Source: the human T2T-CHM13v2.0 reference genome, Homo sapiens
Direction: 5' to 3' (one strand)
DNA: 64,000 nucleotides
Assembly: GCF_009914755.1 (NCBI RefSeq)
Contig: NC_060926.1
This document shows, piece after piece, positions 40,693 to 54,700 of the stretch. Positions within the stretch are counted from its first letter, which is position 1. Each line of letters starts with the position of its first letter. The notes under the pieces are model-generated. The model made no database searches and was not told where the DNA came from. It worked only from the letters and a program-made list of their open reading frames with translations. The position numbers and the translations under genes were made by a program.

Positions 40693-42804
40693 CTTTGTGG
40701 TTTTACCTACCTTTGGACTTTAACGTTGGTGACCTACAGATGGGGTTTTGGTGTACATGATCTTTTTGTTGATGTTGATGCTATTCCTTTCTATTTGTTA
40801 GTTTTCCTTCTAACAGTCAGGTCCCTCAGCTGCAGGTCTGTTGGAGTTTGCTGGAGTTCCACTCCAGGACCTGTTTGCCTGTGTATTACCAGCAGAGGCT
40901 CCAGAACAACAAATATTGCAGAACAGCAAATATTGCTGCCTGATCCTTCCTCTGGAAGCTTTGTCCCAGAGAGGCAGCTGCCTATATGAGGTGTCTGTCA
41001 GCCCCTACTGGGACCCACTTGCGGAGGCAGTCTGTCCATTCTCAGAGCTCAAATGCTGTGCTGGGAGAACCACTGCTCTCTTCAGAGCTGTCAGACAGGC
41101 ATGTTTAAGTCTGCAGAAGTTTCTGCTGCCTTTTGTTCAGCTATGCTCTGCTCACAGAGATGGAGTCTAGAGGCAGTAGGCCTTGTTGAGCTGCAGTGGG
41201 CTCCACTCAGTTCGAGCTTCCTGGCCACTTTGTTTACCTACTCAAGCCTCAGCAATGGTGGACGCTCCTCCCCCAGCCAGGCTGCCATCTCACAGATCGA
41301 TCTCAGACTGCTGTTCTAGCAGTGAGCAAGGCTCTGTGGGCATGGGAGCCACTGAGCTGGGCAAAAGAGAGAATCACCTTGTCTGCCAGTTGCTAAGACC
41401 TTGGGAAAAGCACAGTATTTAGGCAGGAGTGTCCCATTTTTCCAGGTACCATCTGTCACAGCTTCCTTTGGCTAGGAAAGGGAAATCCCATGATCCCTAG
41501 TGCTTCCTGGGTAAGGCAATGCCCCGCCCTGCCTTGGCTTGCCCTCCATGGGCTACAGCCATTGTCCAACCGGTTCCAGTGAGATGAACCAGGTACCTCA
41601 GTTGGAAATGCAGAAATCACCCATCTTCTGCATCGATCACGCTGGGAGCTGCAGACCAGACCTGTTCCTATTCGGCCATCTTCTTCAGTTCAAACTTCTA
41701 AGATCAGCTCTAATATTTTGTCCTCTCTCCTCATTCTTTTAACTCCAACCATTAAGACACATTTTATTTCCTGAATATGTAATGTTCTCTCTTATTTCTG
41801 AGCCATTAAACAACTTGTTCTTCCCCATATTTGAAACACCTTTCTCCCTCAACCCCTCTACCTGGATAATTATGAGTCTTCCTTTAGGATTCATTTTAAG
41901 CATCACTTATTCAGAGAGATCCTTCTTGACTCTACAGATTACTTAAGTCTCTGTTGTTGCACTCTAAACTTTGATTTTGGCTATACTAATTATACCTGTA
42001 ACTAATTATGTAGCAAATTTAATTTTCATTGTTACAGACTCAGAGATTTTTAAAAATCTGTATTTACTGATATATTTTATCTAATATATTCTGCGTTTTG
42101 ACTACAAATCTGATGGCACTAAATTTATTTGTGTTACTTACAATATGACCAGCCACTATAAGATTTTTATTGTTTGTATGAATTAAATTTAGTATACTGT
42201 AAGAGATCTCAAAATACAAAAGCTTTAATAACATAGCTGTAAATTTTCTCTCCAATAAAAGTACCAAAGCCTAGGCTCACTGTTCAGCTCTCCTGAAAGA
42301 AGTAATGCTGGGCAGGACCCAGGTCCTTTCTGTTCACTGGCTCTAACTTCTCTAAATTCATCATCATGAACTGTATAACTGAGTCTAGATTACATCCATG
42401 TTTAAATTACAGCCTGTGGAAGGAGAAAAAGTTAAATTCTAGAAAAAAGAGCTTGGAGATGCCTAGAGTTACAATTTGTACCATGCCAGGTTGGATTCTT
42501 GTTCACAACTATTCTCTCCTTTCTTTAATTAAGTTATATATCCACACCTTTTGCCAAATGACTTCATAGTACCCTACCAGTAGATAAACTGGAGAAGATA
42601 TTCCTGCTCCATCAATGACTTGGTCATTGCTATTTTACTATTGGAATGTGTATGGAAATGATGGTGTGTTTGTTCCAATCAGAAGCTTTGAGAGACTTTG
42701 TGTATTCTTCTAGTCTGTCATCAGTTTCCAACCTTCTATAAGAGAAAAGGCTGCACCAGACCGTTGTTGCTCCTTGTGGTTTCCAAGAATAAAAAGATAC
42801 TGTA

Positions 42805-43595
42805 GTCACATTTTGTTTATCAATTTCTCAGTTGATGGCTTGTTTCTATCTTTTCCCTATTATGAATAATACTACTATGAACATTTGTGTAGAAACTTTT
42901 GTGTAAACATATGTTTTTATTTCTCTTGGGTATATATCTAGTGCCAACATTACTGGGCCATCTGGTAACTCTATGTTCAATTGTTTCATGAACTGTCAGT
43001 TTATTCCAAAGCTGCTGCATCATTTTATATTCCCAAAAGCAGCATATACATGTTTAGAATTTTCCAAGTCCTTACTGACACTTCCTAATGTCTGATTTTT
43101 TTATTCTAGTGGATGTGAAGTAGTATCTTATTGTGGTTTTGATTTGGATTTTCCTAGTAAATAATGATGTCAGACATCTTTTTATTTATTTATTTATTTT
43201 TTGCTTTTTAGCCATTAGTATATCTTTCTTGAAACAGTATCAGTTCAGGTCTTTTTCTCATAGTTTAATCAGGTTATTTGTCATTTTATTATTGAGCTGT
43301 GAGAACTTTATTCTGGATGCAAGTCCTTTATTAGATATATTCTTTTCATATATTTTCTCCATTCTGTGTGTTGTTTAGTTTTGTTTTTACTTTTTAAATG
43401 GTGTACTAGAAACACTAAAGTTTAAAATTTTAAAATTTTTATGAAGTTAAATTAACATATATTTTCTTCGGTTGCCCATCCTTTGGATGTCATATATAAG
43501 AATCCTTTGCTGAATACAAGGTCATGAAGATTTATCCCAATCTTTAATCTTTTCTCATGAATATTTTATATTTTACCACTTACATCTAGGTCTTT
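42805..43595 (-). mobile_element. Old L1 (L1MB/L1M4-like) ORF2 3' part, host of nested insertions
   Basis: Antisense ORF2 end motifs (TTTCTCTTGGGTATATA, TTGTGGTTTTGATTTGGATTT). Confidence 0.8.
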
Positions 43596-43599
43596 TAAA

Positions 43600-46500
43600 A
43601 AATGTTTTATTTTTAATGTTTGTGTGTACATGGTAGGTGTATATATTTATGGGGAACATGAAATATTTTGACAAACACATACAATATCTAATAATCATAT
43701 CAGGGTAAATTGAGTATTCATCTACTCAAGCCTTTATCTTTTTTTGTGTTACTGACAGTACAATGCTAATATTTTATTAATTTTTAGATATACAATAAAT
43801 TATTGTTGACTGTAGTCACCCTGTTCTGCTATCAATTAGTAGATCTTATTCATTCTATTATTTTTGGATCCATTAACCATCCACACTCCACCTCCCATTA
43901 CCCTTGCTTGCTTCTGATAACCATCATTATACTCTAAATCTCTGTGAGTTCAGTTGTTTTTATTTTAGCACCCACAAATCAGTGAAAACATGTGAAAGGT
44001 CTCTTTCTGTGCCTATTTACTTCACTTAATATAAGAACCTCCAGTTCCATCCATGTTGGGCAAACCACAGGACATCATTTTTTTATGGCTGAATAATACC
44101 CCATTGTGTATATCATGTTTTCTTTATCCATTAGTCTGTTGATGAACATTTAGATTGCTTCCAAATCTTGGCTATTGTAAATAGTGTTATAATAAATATG
44201 GGAGAGCAGATATCTCTTTGATATATTGAATTTCTTTCTTTTGGGTATATACTTAGCAGTGGGATTGCTGGATCATATGGTAGCTTTATTTTTAGAATTT
44301 GAGGAACCTCCAAACCAGTGGTTGTACTGATTTGCATTCCAACCAACAATGTACTAGGTTTCCCTTTTCTCTGTATCTTGGCAGCATTTGTTATTACCTG
44401 TCCTTTGAATATAAGCCATTTTAATTGGAATGAGGTGACATCTCATTGTAGTTTTGATTTGCATTCTTTGATGATCAAGGATGTTGAACACCTTTTCATA
44501 TATCTGCTTGCCATTTGTATGTCTTCTTTTAAAAAATGCCCATATTTTTAAGTTGGATCAGTAGAGGTTTTTTTTTTCTATGAAGTTTTTTGAGCTCCTT
44601 AAATATTCTGGCTATTAATCTCTTGTCAGATGTGTAGTTTGCAAATAACTTCTTCCGTTGTGTGGTTTGTCTCTTTACTTTGTTGATTGTTTCTTTTTTG
44701 TGCAGAAGCTTCTTAACTTGATGTGATCTCATGTGTCCATTTTTGCTTTGGTTGCCCATTTGTAGGGTATTGCTCAAAAATCTTTGTCCAGTCCAACATC
44801 CTGGAGAGTTTCAGCAATGTTTTCTTTTAGTAGTTTCATAGTCTGAAGTCTTATAATTATATCTTCAATTCATTTTGATTTGATTCTTGTATATAGTGAG
44901 ATAAGTTTTAGCTTCTTTCTTCTGCTTGAGGATATTTATGTTTCCCAGCACAATTTATTGATGAGACTGTTTCCCCAATGTGTATGTTCTTGCCACCTTT
45001 GTCAAAAATGTGTTCACTGTAGATATCTGCATTCATTTCTGTGTTTTTATTCTGTTCCATTTGTCTATGTGTCTGTCTTTATGCTAGTACCATGCTCTTT
45101 GAATTACCATAGCTCTGTAGTACAATTTGAAGGCAGGTAAAGCGATTCTTCCAGTTTTGTGCTTTGTTTCCAGGACAGCTTTGGTTATTCTGGGTCTTCT
45201 GTAGTTCCATTTAAATTTTAGGATTGCTTTTCTATTTCTGAGAAGAATGTCATTGGTATTTTGATAGAAACTTCATTGCATCTGTAGACTGCTTTGAGTA
45301 GTACAGACATTTTAACAATATTGATTCTTCCAATACATGAACAGGGTATATCTTGCTTTTTTTTCTCTTCATATTCTTTCACTAATATTGTATAGCTTTA
45401 TTGTAGAGATCTTTCACTACTTTGGCTACATTAACTACTAATTATTTTGTTTTATTTGTAGCTATTATAAATGGAATTCATTTTTTATTTCTTTTTCAGA
45501 TTGTTCACTGTTAGACAAAAATGCTACTGTTTTTTGTATGCTGATTTGTATTCGGCAACCTTTAATTTGTCAGTTCTAATATTTTTTGGTGGAGTCAAGA
45601 TTTTTCCAAAACTAAGAGCGTATCATCTGAAAGCAAGAATAATCTCCCTTATTTCTTTCTTTCTCTTGTATGATTGCTTTAGCTAAGATTTCCAGTACTA
45701 TGTTGAATAACAGTGGTGAAAGTAGGCATCCTTGTTGCATTCCTGATGTTAAAGGGTTTCAGAGTGTGTATTCAGCATCTGTAGAATGAAATGTACTATA
45801 AATATCTATTATGTCCATTTGTATTGTAGTGTAGATAAAGTCTGATGTTTCTTTGTTGATTTTCTGTCTAAATATCTGTCCAAAGATGAAAGTGAGGTGT
45901 TGAAGTCTTCAGCTCTTATTGTAGGGGAGTCTTTCTCTCTCATTTTTACTCTAATAAAATTGGTTTTGTATATCTGGGTGCTGCAGTGTTGTATGCATAC
46001 ATGTTTATGATTGTTATATCCTCTTGCTGATTTTACCCCTTTGTCATTATATAATGCCCTTCTTTATCTCTTTGTATAGCTGTTGTTTTGAAATCTATTT
46101 TGTCTAATATGAATATAGCTACTTCTGCTCTTTTTTGATTTCCATTTGCAAGGAATATTTTTTCCATCCCTCTATTTTCAGTTTATGTATGTCTTTATAA
46201 GTTAAGTGTGTTTCTTGTACGCAATAGATTGTGAGACTTTTTTTTTTTAATTCATTTGTCCCCTCTGTGTCTTTTGACTGGAGAGTTTAATTCATTTACA
46301 TTCAATATTATTATTAATACATAAAAAATTATTCCTAACATTTTGTCATTTCTTTCTAGTTATTTTGTGGTCTTCTGTTCCTGTTCTCTTGTTAGTAAAG
46401 ATAATTTTCTCTAGTGATATGTTTAATTTTTTGTCTTTAATTCTTGTTTATCTATTGTATCTTTTTAGATTTAAGTCTAATAAAAGGCTTGCAGATAATA

Positions 46501-49171
46501 TCTCATATCTTATTTTGAACTGACGACAACACTGATAGCATAATAAACAAAATAAGCAGAAGGAAAATTAATAAAGATGCTATAGTTTACCTTTATTCCT
46601 CTACCTTTTAACTTTTTTGTTTGTCTTTCTATCTTTATGTAATGTCCATGTCTTGAAAAGTTGTTGTAGTTATTATTTTTTATTGGTTTATCTTTTCATT
46701 TTTTCTACTTAAGATACAAGTAATTTGCATGCCACAATTATAGTGTTATAATATTCTATGTTTTTGTGTATCTACTATTATCAGTGAGTTTTATACCTTC
46801 AGTTGATTTGTTTTTGCTCATTAACAACACTTTCTTTTAGATTGAAAAACTCCCTTTAGCATTTCTTGTAGTATAGATTTGATGTTGATAAAATTCCTCA
46901 CCTTGTGTTCACCTGGGAAAGTCTTTATTTTTCCTTCATGTTAGAAAGATATTCTTGGTTTATTCTACAATAAGTTTTTTCTTTCAGCACTTTAAATATC
47001 TCATGCCTCTTTCACATGGCCTGTGAGGTTGCCACTGAAAATTCTGCTGCCAGACGTATTGGAACTGTGTTGTATGTTATTTATTTTAAGTACTTTTTTA
47101 TCCTTGGCCTTTGGGAGTTTGATTATTAAATGACTTGAGGTAGTCTTACCTAGGCTAAATCTGCTTGGTGTTTTATAGCCTTCTTGTACTTGGATATTGA
47201 TATATTTCTCTAGGTTTGGGAAGTTCTCTGTTATTATCCCTTTGAATAAGCTTTCTACCCCTATCTCTCTCTCTATTCCTTTTGTAAGGCCAGTAACTCT
47301 TAGATCTGCCCTTTAAGGCTATTTTCTAGATCTTGAAGATGTGCGTCTTTCTTTTTAATTCTTTTTTCTTTTTTCTCCTCTGACTGTGTATTTTCATATA
47401 ACCTACCTTCAAGCTCCCTAATTCTTTCTTCTGCTTGATCAATTCTGTTATTGAGAGACTCTGATGCATTCTTTGGTATGTTAATTGCATTTTTCAACTC
47501 CAGAATTTCTACTAGAATCTCTTTAATCATTTCAGTCTCATTTGTTAAACTTACCTGATAGGATTCCAAATTTATTTGAGTTTTCTCAAAACAGCCATTT
47601 TGAGTTCTCTGCCTGATATGTCACATATACTTGAGTCTCTGGGATTGGCTCATTGTGTCTTATTTAGTTCATTTGGTGAGGTCATTGGATGGTCTTGATG
47701 TCTATGGATTTCTCAGTGTCTGGGCATTGCATTCAAGAGTTAGCTATTTATTGTAGTCTTCACAGTCTAGGCTTGTTCATACCTTTCCTTCTTTGGAAGG
47801 CTTTCGAGATATTCAAAGGGATTTAGGTGTTGCATCACAAGTTTTTAGTCACTGCAAACATATCTGCATTAGGGGGTGCCTTAAGCTTAGTAATGTTGTA
47901 GTTCTTGCAGCACCATAAAGATATCACCTTGATGGTGTCGAATAACATCTGGAAGAATTTTCTAGATTACCAGGCAGAGATTCTTGTTCTCTTCCCTTAA
48001 TTTCTTCCAAACAAATGCTTGCTCTCTCTCTCTCTCTTTCTCTCTCTTTGTTGAGTTACCTGGTGCTGGGGTAGGGGTGACAAAAGCACTCCAACTCACT
48101 ACCACTGGGACTGTGCTGGGTCAGACATGAATCCAGCGCTGCACTGGTCTTACCCAAGGCCCACTGTAACCATGACCTTGCTACCACCTATGTTTACTCA
48201 AGGCCCTAAGCTCTACAATCAGCAGGTAGCCTAACTTGGGTCTTTCCCTTCAGGGTGGCAAGATCCCCTGGGTCATGGGGGCACAGGGTGCTCTATTCTA
48301 CAGCAGCTAAACTGGCACTGAAACCACAAAATAAAAATCCTTGCTCTCATTTCTTCTCTTTTTCCAAGTCAGAAGAGCCACTCCCCATGTCCACCACTAC
48401 CAAAAGCACACAGGGAGTACTGCCTAGCTACTGCTGATGAAAGACCCAAGTGCTTTTAGTCAGCTTGTGGTGAATGCTTTCAGGCTTGAGACTTTCCTTT
48501 CAGGGCAGTGGGCTCCCCTCTGGCCAAGGGCAGGTTCAGGCATGCCATCCAAGATGAAGTCCTGGAATGAGGTACCCCAAGAGCCAACTTTGTGTGCTCT
48601 TATCCACTGTGGCTGAGCTGGTAGCTAAGCTGCAAGACAAAGTCTCCTCTGTTCTTTTTTCTCCTTTTCTCAAGCAGAAGTGATCTCTCTCCATAACCAC
48701 CACATTTGTGAATATGCTGGGACACAGCTATAGCCAGTATGTCTCAGGGTCTCAATCAAGGTCAAGAGCATGAGCTACCTGGTTACCTATGCTGATTATT
48801 CAGGGCCCAAAGGCACTTTAGTCAGTAGGTGATAAATCCTGCTGGGTGTTGGTGGCACTGGATTTCAATACAAAGTCCCTCAGTCACTGCACTCTCCCTT
48901 CTCCAAGTGCACAGATTCTTTCTCCATGCTATATAGCTGCTAACAGTGTATGGGAAAGGGGTGGTGTCAGGAAATCAACACTGTCTTTTCTACCTTCTTC
49001 AGTGCCTCTTTCACTGATATAAAGTTAAAACTAGGTATTGTGGTCTCACACCTGTTGTTTGGTTCTTATGAAGATGCCTTTTTTATTGTACATGGTTTTT
49101 AGATTTGGTGTTCCTGCGGAGAGAAGAATCCTTGAAGGCTTCTATGTAGACTTCTTGTTCTGCTTCCTTCT
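43600..49171 (-). mobile_element. Near full-length L1MA3-like element with an internal ORF2 deletion near 45765
   Basis: L1MA-type 3'UTR, ORF2, ORF1 coiled coil (47300-47569 NRIDQAEERIRELE), long L1M 5'UTR ending near 49171. Confidence 0.88.
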
Positions 49172-49201
49172 CTTTAAGATGTTTTGTATAAGAATCATGT
49201 C

Positions 49202-49418
49202 TGTACCAAATACAACAGATGCAATGTATAAGTTGCGGATCTATTTAATTCCTACCATTTCTCTCTGAAGTTTTAATTTTTGCATGTTCAGTGAGATATA
49301 AATGATATGTCATTGCAGTCTTTTCATTTTGTGGTCATCAGTGTTGTTGAATATCTTGTTTAAAGTTTATTTGTAATAGGTTTGTCTCTTATATAAAATG
49401 CCATGCCAAAAAAAAAAA
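49202..49418 (+). other. Short polyadenylated retroposed insert (orphan transduction or retrocopy)
   Basis: Perfect TSD AAGAATCATGTC at 49190-49201 and 49419-49430; A run from 49408; TATAAA at 49392-49397. Confidence 0.85.
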
Positions 49419-50934
49419 AAGAATCATGTCATCTGAGAATAGTGTCATTTTTACTCCTTCTTTTCCAATCTGAATGCCTTTTATTTCATTTTGTTAACTA
49501 AATGCCCAGACTAAATCCTCTAATATAATATAAATGTAAGTGGTAGGAGTAAACATTCTTATCTCATTCCTGATCTTAAGGGAAGAAGAATTCTATCTTT
49601 TATTATTAGTATGTTAACTGCGGGCTTTTGTGGATGTCTCTGATTTTATTTAAGAGTTTCCTTTCTATGCTTAGTTTGTTGAATATCACATGATTATCAA
49701 ATGCTTTTTCTGCATCTATGGAGATTATCATGTAATTTTTTCCCATTGAGGTGATAAATTACATTAATCAGTTCTTAGATGTAGAACCAGCCTTGAATTC
49801 CTGGAATAAATCCCACTTGCTAATGTTACATAATTATTTTTGTTGTTGGATTCATTGTGCTAGTATTTTGTGGCATTTTTTGTAAAGAGTAAAAAGAGGC
49901 AATGTTCTGTACTTTTCTTATGATGTGTTTGATTTTGGTGTCAGGATAATAGTAACTTCATGGAATGAGTTGGAAAGTGTTTCAACTTTTGTTTTTGGAA
50001 AATTTTTTAAAGAATTGGCTATTAATTCATCAAATGCTTGGGAGAACTCAGTAGTGAAGTCAAGTGGGTTTCAGCAGTGAAGCTGTCTGAGCCGAGGCTT
50101 TTCTTCGTGGGTAATTTTTTTCAATACTACTTAAATTTCTTCACTTGTTATAATTAACGTTGGATTATCTTACTTCTTGCGTCAGTTTTGGTAGCTTGTG
50201 TTTCCAGAAAATTGTCCATTTCATATGTTATCTAAAGTGTTGGTATAAAATTGTTCATAGTATTCTTTCATAATTTTTCTTTATATTTCTGTAGGAAAGC
50301 AGGAATGTTCTATTCTTCATTTTTGATTCTAGTAATTTGAGTTATTTCTTTTGTGCTTGATCAATCTGGTAAAGATTTGTCAATTTTATCGATCTTTTAA
50401 ATAAATTAGTTTTGGTCTCATTGCATTTTTTCCTGTTCTTTAATTTATTAATTTCCATGTGATTCCTTATTATTTCCTTCCTTATGTTTCTATGAGTTTA
50501 GTTTCCTATTTTTTTTCCCCAGGGCTTATGGTAGAAGGTTAGGATATTAATTGACTTTATTCTTTCTTAATATAGGAAGTTATAGCTATATGTTTCACAC
50601 TTAATAATTCTTTAGCTAAATCCCAGAAGTTTTGATATATCTATACACTAATTTATCCAAAAGTAATCATATATTCCTTTCAATTTATTCTTTAACTCAT
50701 TGATTGTTTAGAAATGTTTTTTAAATTTCTACATATTTGTGAGTATCTCAAATTTTTCCTATTGATGTCTGATTTTATTCCATTATGATCAGATAACATA
50801 TTTTGCATTGTTTCTATTATTTTCTATGTATTTAAATTTATTTCATAATTTTTAATATGTTCCATTCTAGAAAACATTTCATGCACACTTGAGAAGAGTG
50901 TATCTTCTACTATCATTGGATGGAGAGTTCTATG

Positions 50935-51707
50935 TGTTACCCAAGAGAGTAGATAGTCCGGTTCTTGTTGAACCCGGGAGAAAGATTTCAGTGAGGCCAT
51001 AGGCTGAGATAACAGAGATCTTTAGTGAAAGGAAATAGGGAGCAGAGTGTTTATTTAGAGAAACAGCACTCTCTGCAAAGATGAAGCACAGTGGGGTGCT
51101 GAAGTGAGCCAGCAGGAGATTAATAATTCTGTCTTGGCTTTTTATTATGTTGGACTATTTTGGGAAGTTCCTGCTTCTGTCTCAAGTCTCTGCCTCTTTT
51201 CTTTGTCAAGTTATTCTATTCCTTCCTTAGGTATCCACCTTGTCCCTGCCTAGTTCCCACCCCAGGTTTGTGAGACTTTCACTTACTATTAGTTAAGATG
51301 TATATGCAGGCCAGTGATCAACAGGAATTCTGCCTAATGGCAGCATTGCTCCTTACTGCCACCCCAGGAAGGTCATATAGTGCTTAAATCTGTACCTGTT
51401 ACGCCTGTGTATCTCCTTGCCATTTCTATGTTCTGATTTGTATTTTGGTGCCAGATTTCTCTGAGGACTTTCTTATTTTCCCTCTTATCAGCATGTACCT
51501 AGCTATATTCTGAGGGGTTAACTGCAGAATGAATGATTACTAGGCATCTTAATGGACGTTTCATTTTGCCTGAGTACCTCCTCTCTTACCTGCTTATATC
51601 TAGCATGCCTATTTCAGGTGTTCCCTGGTGTGTAAAATATTTCAGATCTTCCCTTGCTTAAAGGGTCTCTTCTCCTGCTTATGTCTGGCTACCTGCCTAC
51701 TCTAACA
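50935..51707 (-). mobile_element. ERV1 solo LTR, MER50-like
   Basis: TG...CA ends, reverse start TGTTAGAGTAGGCAGGTAGCCAGACAT; 4-bp TSD TATG. Confidence 0.85.
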
Positions 51708-54700
51708 TATGGATATCTCTTATATCTAGTTGGTGTACACATCGTTAAAATGTCCCATTACTCTGTTGACCTTTTTTTTCTGTCCATTATCGAGGTGAGA
51801 TATTGAATTCCCCAATAATTATTGTAAAACTGTTTCTCCCTTCATTTCTGTCAGTTTTTGTTTCATATATTTTGGTGTTCTTATATTAGGTGCATATAGG
51901 TTTATAATTGTAATATTCTTCTAATGGATTGAATCTTTTATCATTGCAAACTTTCCCTCTTTATATCTAATATCATTTTATTTTTGTTTTAAAATTTATT
52001 TTCCTTGATATTAGTAAAGAAAGCCTCTCCAGCTTTCTTTTGGTTGCTATTTGCACTGTTTTTAACTTTCAACTTGTTTGTTTTTTTTAAATCTAAAGTA
52101 AATTTATAGGTAGAATATAGGTGGATCATGTATTTTATCTAGTCTGATAATTTCTGCATTTGATTGGAGTATTTAATCCATTCACACTTAATATGGTTTG
52201 ATTTATGTTTGCCATTTTAATATTCAAAATTTTTGTAGGCCTCATGTCTTGTTTATTCCTTCCATTTCTTTTTTTTACTGTTTTCTTTTGCAACAAATGA
52301 ATATTTTCTAATGTAATATTTTAATTTGTTTATTGATTCTGCTTATTATGTTATATTTTTATTAGTTGCTCTAGGGTTCACCATATACTTCTTAACTTAC
52401 TAAATCAGTTTCTGATTTGTAATAGCTTAATTCTAGTGATAAATAGAAATGTTACTTCTATGTAGCTCTATCTCTTTTATCTTTTTTGTTATTATTTTCA
52501 TATATATTACATATATTAATGTTATAAAGCCAGCAAATATATTATAATTATTTAATCTATAATCATTTCCTTAGCCCAAATGCAGCACTATTCTCACTCA
52601 CCTCCTGTGTGCTACTGTTGACAAACATGTTACATATATATTACATTTTTATATTTCATAGGCCCAATAATATATTATATCCACATATTATAATATATTA
52701 TATCCACATTATTTTATCTAACAGCTTTAAATTGGAGGAGACAATAAAAAATGCTTTTCTACTGTCTTTAAAATATGTAATTACCTTTACCAGTGCTTTT
52801 TTTTTTGGAAAAAAAAAAAGGATTCAATTCAAATTGCTATATGGAATCATTTTCTTTCAGCCTGAAAAATTTCTTTAGTATTTTTTGTGAGTCTGGTTGC
52901 AACATACTTTCTCAGTTTTATTACTTCTGGAGTTTCTTTCTTTCTTTAGGAGTTTGTTTATTTTCTTTTTTAATCTGAAAAAGTATGTATTTGTCTTTAT
53001 TTTTAAAAGAGAGCTTTGCTGCATGTTAAATTCTTAACTCCTGTTTGGCAGTTTTATTCTTTGTGCCATTGAATATTTTATCCCAGTTCTTTCTGCTTCC
53101 ATTATTTCTGTTAAGAAGTCAACTGTTAATCTTATTGAGGTTGTTTTGAAAGTTAACAGTCATTTATATTTTTGCTGCCTTTATGATTTTTTCTTGTCTT
53201 TGACTTTCAGCATTTCTAGTGTGCTGTGTCTGTTTTAAATCTCTTTGTGTTTATTCTCCTTGGAGTTTACTAAGTTCATTAGATGTGTATATTAATATTT
53301 TTGTTTTTTAAAATCATAGTGAGGTGGTTTTCAGCCATTATATTTTCTGATATTTTTTCTTCTCTTCCCCCCCCCCCTTTTCTTTCTGGTTCCTTCATTA
53401 CATGTATGTTAGGGCGTTCAATATCATCCCATGTTTCTCTGTGGCTCTCTTTATTTTTCTTTATTCTTTCTTGGTTTTCTGCTTATATGATTTCTATCAA
53501 TCTATGTTTGTTAGCTTATTCTTCTGCTATTTCACACATACTATTGAGCCATTATTGTGATTTTTATTTTTAATTTCAGTAAATTAACTTTTCAATTCCA
53601 TAATTTTCATTTGAGTCTTCTTTATAACTTCTGTCTCTTTACTGATAGTCTCTATTTGGTATGCTGTCATATTATTATTTACTTCTTTAATCATGGTTTC
53701 TTTATAATTATAAGGGTTAATTTAAGTCTTCTTCTGATAGATCTGACATCTGATCTCTCTCATAGACAGATTTTGTTTCATCTGTGTTTCTCCTCTGGTG
53801 TTTGAGTAATATTTTCTTGTTCCTTTGAATGCCTAATATTTTTTAATTGATCATTTTAGATAGTATATTGTATTAACACTACATACTGGTCTTCCTTCCC
53901 CTTTGTGTTTACAAGTATTATTTTATGGTTTATATGTGAAGTGACTGAGTTTGTGGAGTATTTTAGTGAGGTCTCTCTCCAGCACAACTGCTCTACACAC
54001 ATGTAGTTTGAGTCTTAGATGTTGTCAATGGGAAGGGCAATGTAGTCATCTGGACTAAGATGACAGTATTTTTAGTAAGGCTCTCTCCCTTGTTCACACC
54101 TAGCTCTTAGATTGTGCTGGTTGATTCTTTTATTATTTTTTAACAATTCCCTGGAGTATAAATTACTCTATAGATGAATCCAATCAAATTCTCATTACTT
54201 TTAAGGAATAATTGAAGTCACTACTTTATTTTTGTTCTGATCCAGGAGCACTCTTCCCAGCTGTCTTATTCCAGGTCTCCTCTGCAAACTAATTGGCCTA
54301 TAGTTTAGTCTGCATCTTGGGTCACTCTTAAATTCCTTTTATTACAGCCTCACTGTTCTTGAGAACAACTTCAGATTTGAAATTCTTTACTCTCTGCTGC
54401 AAATGGGGTCAACTACTTTCAGAAGAAAGTAGGAGCTATCTCTTTTATGTGGTGGTGGTGGTGGTTTTTTTTTTTTTCTCGCCCCCTCATTTCACCAAGG
54501 AAAATCTCTGAGCTAGGGATTTGGAACTAAAGGTGAGGACTATGGCAAGCTTCCCTCTGAGGGGCACCCCACTTTAAAATGTGGGTACTTGTAGGGTGGA
54601 CAGTAGCCTGTAGTCCTCTCAACATACTTCTCTTGGCATGGAACTACTATCTCAGGAGCTGGAGCAAGAGTGATTAAGGCTCCTGTATTCTCAGCACACA

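Noticed and set aside
52797-52821. T-run GG A-run quasi-palindrome
   Set aside because: Homopolymer runs in decayed L1; no reason to call a terminator or functional hairpin.
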